In this document: positions 1 through 6,703 of the stretch, in pieces | How the letters are laid out: every line of letters begins with the position of its first letter | Numbering within the stretch: the first letter of the stretch is position 1 | Assembly: GCA_003144275.1 (NCBI GenBank) | Contig: NJBF01000050.1 | Location: 1-20,961, forward strand | DNA from: Candidatus Heimdallarchaeota archaeon B3_Heim | Lineage (GTDB): Archaea; Asgardarchaeota; Heimdallarchaeia; Hodarchaeales; Hodarchaeaceae | Length of the DNA stretch: 20,961 nt | Reading direction: 5' to 3' | Position numbers and translations under genes: made by a program | The notes under the pieces: generated by a model | What the model saw: only the letters and a program-made list of their open reading frames with translations | Database searches by the model: none | Told to the model about the DNA's origin: nothing

Positions 1-111
1 CGGTTTTATGTTCAACTTACTTTTAGCTTAGTATGCATTGCTCGGTGGTTTTGCCGTCACTTACGTGATGAAATTTTACCACTGCTGACTTTTCAAGGAG
101 GGGATGCGTGA
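1..111 (+). CDS. 3' end of a CDS truncated by the window edge; possibly the C-terminus of an IS4-superfamily DDE transposase
   Basis: Frame 1 is open from base 1 to TGA at 109-111: RFYVQLTFSLVCIARWFCRHLRDEILPLLTFQGGDA*. It loosely resembles the terminal helix of IS4/IS1380/ISH3-type transposases, but is too short to be diagnostic. Confidence 0.3.
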   Translation, partial: RFYVQLTFSLVCIARWFCRHLRDEILPLLTFQGGDA

Positions 112-403
112 AGACTGTCTCTTACAATCTTAAAAGGCCTCCCTCCCTTACTTCTTCAACCCCGAGGTGATGACAAAAAAAATTTACTTAATTCTTAGGT
201 CATATTCCCTTGTAACTACGTTAGACGAGTTACCCGTCAAAGGCAAGAGAAGAATGACCAAATGTGGCAGAAATTCATTAGTGTTTGGGGTATCGCAAGC
301 AGATTTAATTCAAGTAGTCCCAATGGAAAGCATACATTCTCTTGTTGCTAACCTGCCGGATAGCGGATGTGTGACTCATCCTGTCCAGAACTATTTTCTA
401 AAT

Positions 404-427
404 AGTTGTCTGACAAATTTAGTCATA
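404..427 (+). repeat. 24-bp repeat, copy 1 (AGTTGTCTGACAAATTTAGTCATA), inverted relative to 19434-19457
   Basis: 23/24 identical to the reverse complement of 19434-19457. Contains the dyad TTGTC-T-GACAA (406-416). Confidence 0.75.
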
Positions 428-500
428 CTCCTGAAATCATGTGATTATGAAATTCATTTTTCTCAACATAATGCTTTTTAATCGGGCCTTGGTTGGGAAA

Positions 501-528
501 ATGTTCAAATTAATATTAAAATGAACAT
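501..528. promoter_or_regulatory. 28-bp palindromic operator-like site overlapping the probable promoter of the superoxide reductase gene
   Basis: ATGTTCA-AA-TTAATATTAA-AA-TGAACAT, with 12 of 14 symmetric pairs matching. It ends 15 bp before the ATG at 544. Confidence 0.55.
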
Positions 529-543
529 AAGGAATGGAAAATA

Positions 544-930
544 ATGGATTTCAACAAACTCTTCCAGTCTGCTGATTGGAAAACAGAAAAACATTCGCCA
601 GTTATCCAGATTAAAGACAAAGAGGACAGGGATTTCGTTTTCATCAAAGTTATGGTTGGCAAAGAAATTGCCCATCCTAACCAAACAAATCACCATATCT
701 CTTGGATCTCTCTCTACTTCGTACCTGATGGAGAAAAATTCCCACTTCAAGTAGGAAAAGTTGAATTCACTGCACACGGTGAATCAGCAGCCGGTCCTGA
801 TACATCTACTGTATACACAGAACCCAAAGGATTATTTGCTTTGAAAACAGGAAAATCAGGAAACTTAGTTGCGTTTTCATATTGCAATATCCATGGTCTT
901 TGGCGATCTGAAGAAAAACTTTCCGTCTAA
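544..930 (+). CDS. sor: 1Fe superoxide reductase (neelaredoxin / class II SORL domain protein)
   Basis: Iron-ligand motifs are present in order: EKH, HP, HHI, and CNIHG near the C-terminus. 128 aa, with no N-terminal desulforedoxin domain. Confidence 0.9.
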   Translation: MDFNKLFQSADWKTEKHSPVIQIKDKEDRDFVFIKVMVGKEIAHPNQTNHHISWISLYFVPDGEKFPLQVGKVEFTAHGESAAGPDTSTVYTEPKGLFALKTGKSGNLVAFSYCNIHGLWRSEEKLSV

Positions 931-934
931 CCTC

Positions 935-961
935 AGGAGGGTATATTCCCTTCTCTTTTTT
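935..961 (+). terminator. Hairpin plus T-tract downstream of sor
   Basis: AGGAGGG-TATATT-CCCTTCT forms a 7-bp stem with one G.U pair, followed by C and T6 (956-961), starting 4 bp after the stop codon. Confidence 0.45.
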
Positions 962-1034
962 ATCCCATTTCCTACTTAATCACGCATTGATCAAACACAT
1001 TGCTATAAAACCAACAGAAAGAGGAAAATAATCA

Positions 1035-2228
1035 ATGAATTTTATCATTATTGGCAATGGGGTTGCAGGTATCACAGCAGCCCGATTATTGATTCAACAT
1101 GTACCTCCAGGGTCAAATGTACTACAATTTACTTCTGAACCATATGGCTACTATGCCCGTCCAAAATTACCTCAATTTCTTGGAGATAACAAACAAACCC
1201 CTGAAAGTATGATGATTTACGCCAAGGACTGGTACAGTAAATCAAATATCCAACTGCACACGAATGAGAAAATTCATACAATCAAGCGAAAGGAGAAAAA
1301 GGTAGTTTCAGACAAAGGTGAGTATGAGTATGACAAATTACTTCTTGCCCTTGGTGCAAGTTGTGCCTGTCCCCCTATCCCAGGACTTGAGTTAGAGCAC
1401 GCTTATACCCTCAGAACCTTAACTGATGCCATTGCTATCCGAGGTCAACTTGAAAAAAGTCACTCTGTTGCAATTATAGGCGGAGGATTACTCGGTATAG
1501 AAAATGCTATTGCATGTGCTAAACGTGGAATTAAAACTACTATTATTGAATTTTTTCCCCATTTATTACCCCGACAACTTGATCCTGAAGGGAGTGCAAT
1601 TTTTACTCAATTATTAACCAAATTCGGAGTAGAAACCATTACCAATGCTCAAGTTAAGGAAATATTAGGTACATCCAAGGTTGAGAGCGTTCAATTGAAA
1701 GATGGACGGATAATTAAAGCTGATCTGGTTATGACATGCACAGGAATTAAGCCTCGTGTTGAACTAGCCAGAAAAGCAAATTTAGATGTAAATCGGGGAG
1801 TAATCGTTAACGATTTTCTTGAAACATCTGATCCTTACATATTCGCAGCAGGGGACATTGCAGAACACAATGGACGAGTTTATGGAATTATTCCTCCAAC
1901 AACAGAACAAGGACGAGTAGTGGCTGAAAATATGGTCACATCGAGGTCTCGGGAATACCATGGATCTAAAATTTCTACAACATTGAAAGTCGCGGATCTG
2001 TTCGTATCATCTATCGGATATGATCCAAAACAGGAAGAATATCCTTCATTGAAATATGAAAACAAAGAATCAACCGAATATGTGAAATTTTTCCATGAGA
2101 ACGACAGACTAAAGGCCGTTATCCTACTAGGTACTAAAAAAGGTATCCCACACATAAGAAAGATGTTTGATGAACCATTATCTCATCATAGAGCGAAACT
2201 AGAAGAAATTTTCCCCGGAATAGCTTAA
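1035..2228 (+). CDS. NAD(P)/FAD-dependent pyridine nucleotide-disulfide oxidoreductase, NADH:rubredoxin oxidoreductase/NirB-N-like
   Basis: N-terminal FAD motif IIGNGVAG, NAD motif IIGGGLLGIE, second FAD motif TSDPYIFAAGD, and YARPKL. 397 aa, with GAGG upstream. Confidence 0.88.
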   Translation: MNFIIIGNGVAGITAARLLIQHVPPGSNVLQFTSEPYGYYARPKLPQFLGDNKQTPESMMIYAKDWYSKSNIQLHTNEKIHTIKRKEKKVVSDKGEYEYDKLLLALGASCACPPIPGLELEHAYTLRTLTDAIAIRGQLEKSHSVAIIGGGLLGIENAIACAKRGIKTTIIEFFPHLLPRQLDPEGSAIFTQLLTKFGVETITNAQVKEILGTSKVESVQLKDGRIIKADLVMTCTGIKPRVELARKANLDVNRGVIVNDFLETSDPYIFAAGDIAEHNGRVYGIIPPTTEQGRVVAENMVTSRSREYHGSKISTTLKVADLFVSSIGYDPKQEEYPSLKYENKESTEYVKFFHENDRLKAVILLGTKKGIPHIRKMFDEPLSHHRAKLEEIFPGIA

Positions 2229-2446
2229 GTTTCATGAAATTTAGTTCAAATATTTCCTTAAAAGAATGAGTAGTTCTAATTAGACGAATCACAATTTATT
2301 GTCAATTTTTAGCCAGTTTTATTCTATTTCCTTAATTTAATTGAAATTCAGAGACTAGATTATTTTGAAAATTCTCCCTCTACTGGATCTTTATGAACTC
2401 CCAAGTTTTTTCTTTTAGATGGTTACATAGAATTGAGGTAGAATTA

Positions 2447-2686
2447 ATGACAATTGAGACAACTCCTCTACATCTTGTTATGTCTTATCTAAATTATAGT
2501 GGTCCTATTTTAGAAGGTTTCCATCCAATCAAAAGTGTAGAAATAACACAAAATTGTGTCTCTGACGATTATCTTTTTTTCCATTTTATGAAGCAAGGTT
2601 TCCTCGTGAATTTTTCACCATTTTTCCGAGGATTTTTCTTTAGAGTTCGTTATTACAATTATGCAGATGGAAGATTTTGGCCATAG
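2447..2686 (+). CDS. Small hypothetical protein (79 aa); the frame continues past the TAG to a TAA at 2732-2734
   Basis: GAGGT lies about 7 nt before the ATG at 2447, and the ORF fills an otherwise empty gap. No recognisable motif. Confidence 0.4.
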   Translation: MTIETTPLHLVMSYLNYSGPILEGFHPIKSVEITQNCVSDDYLFFHFMKQGFLVNFSPFFRGFFFRVRYYNYADGRFWP

Positions 2687-2734
2687 GTTCATTATGATGG
2701 ATATGCAATATCGGTCGAGTCAGATCCTCTCTAA

Positions 2735-5700
2735 TCAGTAATATTCTCCTCGAGTTCTGTTTACCCACTTAGCAGTTTCAATCACGAGTACAGGAATAAC
2801 AGCTGCCATTAGACAGATCGACCAATCTGCTAGAGAAAGACCAATTATATCCACATATAATCCAAATCCTGCTACTAGTTCCTGAAGGACTGGTATATAC
2901 ATCAAAGCAAGATGAATTGGGAGAATCGAGAAAGCAAGCAAGTACGTGATCCAATATGAATCTTCTCGAATTGTTTTAATGAGGGATTCGTCTATTCGCC
3001 GAACAGACAAAATCATCAAGGGAATAGCCAAATATAAGATGGTATGCATCAATGTGCGTGCTTTGGCATGATTCCAGCTAAGGGGACGTAAATTGTTTGG
3101 TTTTACTCCTGGATCATCAAAAAATACTGGAATGTAGAATTGTTGATTGGTTGCATTTACTTGGATAAAACCAAAGAATGCAGAGAAATAAACGATATAA
3201 ATTATACTGGCGAGGCTAACTGCTACAGCAAGAAGAGTTACTGCGAGTTTTCCGTTGAAAATTCCTGCTGAATCGATAGGGTCTCGATTCATAATGCCTC
3301 GTGGGATCTGATCCAATATCAATGCGAGAGGTGGTAAAGTATGGGCAATTCCAAAGATATATGCTCGCTGGAGGTGATCCATTAATTCAAACCCTGGGAT
3401 GAATCCTGATATAAATGAAGATCCTATATAAACCGCAGCTTCACTCAAATTAATCGCTATAAAGAAGAATATTATTACACGTATTCGCTGAAAGAGAGCA
3501 CGTCCCTCTCGAATTCCTGTTACTATTGAATTAAATGAATCATCTGCAATCACAAGATCTGCGGCCTGTTTGGATACTTCTGTTCCTGATATGCCCATTG
3601 CAATTCCCGCATCAGCCATACTTAATGCTAACGCATCATTAACCCCATCGCCAGTCATTGCTACTACGCGATTCTGATTTTGATATCTCTGTATAATTGT
3701 TTGCTTATCCTGTGGGGCTACTCTTGCAAAAACACGAGTATCATGAAAATCAGGATCATTCAGAAGTGTAGCCATTTTTCCTTCATGGGTTTGATGTTTT
3801 TGAGGTTGTAAAAGGCCAATACTATCTGCGATAGAGGAGGCAGTAATTGGTGAATCACCAGTAATCATAATAGGTGTAATTCCAGCGGCTAAAGTTTCTT
3901 GAACAGATTCATCTACCAGATCACGGGGAGGATCCAATACTTTTACAAAACCGAGATAACAAAGATCAGATTCAACAAAGTCTCTCTCCTTGTCATTTTT
4001 AAGGGGAAGTTCCTCAAGATCTCTATAAGTTAAAGATAACACCCTGTAACCTTGAGCTGCAGCTGCTTCAACTTCAGCAAGAATATTCTTTCTATCAGCA
4101 TCCGTTAGTTTCTTTTTATCATTTTCATACCCTATCTGCGAACAACGAGGAAGTAATACCTCTGTCGCTCCTTTACAAAATATCCTGGGTTTTTTATCTA
4201 TTTTATACATTTTACTCATACGCTTGAGTGACGAGTCAAAAGGAAATTCACGTATCAACTTATACTTTTTCAATAACCCCGATTCAGATAGTTTACTCTT
4301 GTTAAAAAGTGTCATAAGAGCCGATTCTGTAGGAGATCCAGTACCTGTGTATACCACTTGATTTCCTACTGTTTCTTCAGTAATCTTGGAATCATTATTG
4401 AACATACCTGAAATAATCAGCATTCCGAGTGATGAATCAAGTTCAACACCGATAGGTTCTTGAATCTGACCTTCTTTCTCCGTCACTCGAGATTGATCTT
4501 CTCTCTTAATTTTAGAAATGTATCCTTCTGGAGAATAACCTAAACCGCTTACATAGTAATGCTGATCAGAAGAGGCATTCCAGATACCTTTCACGGTCAT
4601 CTGACCTGCAGTAATAGTACCCGTTTTATCAGAACAAAGTATGGATATACGACCCAAACTCTCAATCGAAGCGAGATTTCGTATAATTACACGATGTTTG
4701 GCCATTGCTAATACTCCTGTAAGCAAGATTATTGTAGTAAGAAGGGGAATATTGATTGGTACAACGGACATTGCTTTAATTATAATATTTGAAATATCAA
4801 ATATGATGGTACCGATTAACGCTTTCAAGTCACCAGGCGGAATAATCCCTTTCTCTAGCTTATCAAGGATTATAGTTGCTTGATAAATTAGTAAAAGACT
4901 AAAAACAATCATCATCCCTCCTGCAAGGTAGTTTCCAATCGCATTTACCTTTTGGCGAATAGGAATGTCACCTGTGTTTAATTCAGCCAGCTCTAAGCTT
5001 ATTTTACCAAACTCAGTACGTCCGCCTGTATTAACAACTAGAAGTCTACTCGACCCCATAGTTGCAAAAGTACCATTGTAGACCATATTCTTCCTTTCAC
5101 CAATCGGTGTATCATTTTCAAAGGCTTTATCACCATCTTCGACTTTTGTTGCTGGAACACTTTCTCCTGTCAATGAGGATTCGTTCACACGGAAAGAACT
5201 GGAATTAATTATTCGTGCATCTGCAGGTACTTTATCTCCTTGTGCGAGAATTATAATATCTCCTGGAACTACCATTTCTGTTGTGATTTCAACTTCTGTT
5301 CCATCACGTATCACTCGTGCAGCTGGAGCAGACATTTTCTGTAGTGCTTCAATTTGTTTTTGTGCACGTTGCTGTTGTACAATAGCGATTAGGAAATTAA
5401 CACCAACTATGATCACCCATTGTATTGCTGTAAACCAGATGCTCGTATCTTTCGAATCAATAAATAAAAAATAAACCAATGCCAGTATTAGAATGAATGT
5501 AGTCATTAAAAGGTATATCACAATCAATGTATTCATTAGAGGAGCTAAGTAAACTTTCCAGAAGCTTTGCTTTGGTTCTGGTATTTTGTTTTCCCCATAA
5601 ACCTCTAGACGTCTGCTTGCTTCACCTGAACTCAGTCCTGTTTTGATATCAGTCTTTAAATCCGTTATTAATTCTTTTAATTCGTGAGCGTGAACAATGA

Positions 5701-5737
5701 TTTCTGGTAGTTGTTCTGTAACATCCTCTGATTCCAT
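2735..5737 (-). CDS. P-type ATPase with a P2-like scaffold and non-canonical membrane transport site (substrate unknown)
   Basis: LTGES (A domain), CSDKTGT phosphorylation site, FPFDSSLKRMS, KGATE, MITGD, FARVAPQDK, MTGDGVNDA, and about 10 TM segments. Start is placed at Met27 of the ORF track (5737) because GAAGGT precedes it. Confidence 0.93.
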   Translation of the reverse strand: MESEDVTEQLPEIIVHAHELKELITDLKTDIKTGLSSGEASRRLEVYGENKIPEPKQSFWKVYLAPLMNTLIVIYLLMTTFILILALVYFLFIDSKDTSIWFTAIQWVIIVGVNFLIAIVQQQRAQKQIEALQKMSAPAARVIRDGTEVEITTEMVVPGDIIILAQGDKVPADARIINSSSFRVNESSLTGESVPATKVEDGDKAFENDTPIGERKNMVYNGTFATMGSSRLLVVNTGGRTEFGKISLELAELNTGDIPIRQKVNAIGNYLAGGMMIVFSLLLIYQATIILDKLEKGIIPPGDLKALIGTIIFDISNIIIKAMSVVPINIPLLTTIILLTGVLAMAKHRVIIRNLASIESLGRISILCSDKTGTITAGQMTVKGIWNASSDQHYYVSGLGYSPEGYISKIKREDQSRVTEKEGQIQEPIGVELDSSLGMLIISGMFNNDSKITEETVGNQVVYTGTGSPTESALMTLFNKSKLSESGLLKKYKLIREFPFDSSLKRMSKMYKIDKKPRIFCKGATEVLLPRCSQIGYENDKKKLTDADRKNILAEVEAAAAQGYRVLSLTYRDLEELPLKNDKERDFVESDLCYLGFVKVLDPPRDLVDESVQETLAAGITPIMITGDSPITASSIADSIGLLQPQKHQTHEGKMATLLNDPDFHDTRVFARVAPQDKQTIIQRYQNQNRVVAMTGDGVNDALALSMADAGIAMGISGTEVSKQAADLVIADDSFNSIVTGIREGRALFQRIRVIIFFFIAINLSEAAVYIGSSFISGFIPGFELMDHLQRAYIFGIAHTLPPLALILDQIPRGIMNRDPIDSAGIFNGKLAVTLLAVAVSLASIIYIVYFSAFFGFIQVNATNQQFYIPVFFDDPGVKPNNLRPLSWNHAKARTLMHTILYLAIPLMILSVRRIDESLIKTIREDSYWITYLLAFSILPIHLALMYIPVLQELVAGFGLYVDIIGLSLADWSICLMAAVIPVLVIETAKWVNRTRGEYY

Positions 5738-5869
5738 AAAATGACCTTCTTTTCGAGTAAAACTTCGATTATTCTGTACAATAGGGATTAGGAGATAATC
5801 AATTAGTAATTCCAATATATGATAAAGAAATATAAATAATTTGAGCTGAACTTACAGAAATCTTACATC

Positions 5870-6592
5870 CTATATGTGAATTATAAGTGGACTCAGAGAG
5901 AGGAGAAATATTGCAGCGAAATAGGTACTCATGACTTTGATTTCTCTATATGAAAAATCATGATGAAATTCCCTTATCGCAATAATTGAATCCGAAAAAA
6001 CAAATAAGAGTCCACCAACCACTAAGACCATTAGACCAATTACTAGTCTTCCTAAAGTTGTCCAAAGTAACACAGTCGATGATAACATACCTGAAATGAA
6101 TATACAATAGATCAATACAGGTATTCTAAATTTTCCTAGTCCTTTGACAGAAGATTCTAAATAGCGGAGAAAAAGAAAAATATACACCACCATTACAACG
6201 GCTACAAATCCAGTTAATAATAAGGAGTCAGAAGTTATACCAATTTCAATCGCTTGACCTGTGAAAGTTACTAGAAGTAATATTTGAGCAACTAAGAAGA
6301 TGGGTAGTCCTGGAATTAGACCCTTCTCCATACCTAAATCTCCTAGCATGCAAAAAAATAGCCCCAAACTTAAAATTAGTGATAAATAGATAGAATCGTG
6401 TCCATTGTATAAAGTAAACAAGGTAGCTAATCCTGCTGGAAAAACTTTTATTATGGTACTATATTGGGTCAAGTTGTTTAAGAAATCAGAGTTAAACTTA
6501 ATTTCATTTGATTTTAAGCTTTTCACAACAATATAGAGAAGAGAAAAGAACCAAAAACAGACAAAGTAAATAATTTCTATCATTTCATACAC
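5870..6592 (-). CDS. YhhN / TMEM86 lysoplasmalogenase-family membrane protein
   Basis: Multi-pass hydrophobic protein with family motifs IKVFP, LGDLGM, LIYCIFISGM, GGLLFVFSDSIIA and STYFAA. The start is GTG at 6592 or ATG at 6583. Confidence 0.78.
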   Translation of the reverse strand: MYEMIEIIYFVCFWFFSLLYIVVKSLKSNEIKFNSDFLNNLTQYSTIIKVFPAGLATLFTLYNGHDSIYLSLILSLGLFFCMLGDLGMEKGLIPGLPIFLVAQILLLVTFTGQAIEIGITSDSLLLTGFVAVVMVVYIFLFLRYLESSVKGLGKFRIPVLIYCIFISGMLSSTVLLWTTLGRLVIGLMVLVVGGLLFVFSDSIIAIREFHHDFSYREIKVMSTYFAAIFLLSLSPLIIHI

Positions 6593-6633
6593 ACTATCCG
6601 AGATAACTTTGGAACAGAATTCAGTTTAGTCTG

Positions 6634-6646
6634 CTTAAAAGCATTT
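6634..6646 (-). promoter_or_regulatory. Archaeal-type BRE/TATA-like element upstream of the YhhN gene
   Basis: Minus strand reads AAATGC-TTTTAAG, about 40-50 nt before the start codon. Confidence 0.4.
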
Positions 6647-6703
6647 GGCTTAAAATGACTAATCAAAAAGATTGAAGCCTTAAGTAATCGACTAAATCTC
6701 GCG

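Noticed and set aside
196-431. Short similarity between TTAGGTCATATTCC (196-209) and TTAGTCATACTCC (419-431) as a target-site duplication
   Set aside because: It needs an indel and a mismatch over about 13 AT-rich bases, so it cannot be distinguished from chance.
167-481. 104-aa plus-strand ORF from the ORF track
   Set aside because: No recognisable motif, the GAGGTGA overlaps the start instead of preceding it, and it runs across repeats and hairpins. Probably spurious, although not excluded.
2735-5737. Calling the ATPase a Ca2+-ATPase, an H+-ATPase or a bona fide P4 flippase
   Set aside because: The M4 Glu and M6 Asp are absent, which argues against Ca2+; the M6 Asp is absent, which argues against P3A; and TGES/GDGVND replace DGET/GDGAND, which argues against P4.
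5738-5815. 26-codon N-terminal extension of the ATPase in the ORF track
   Set aside because: The ATG at 5737 has an upstream GAAGGT, and the extension looks like intergenic sequence.
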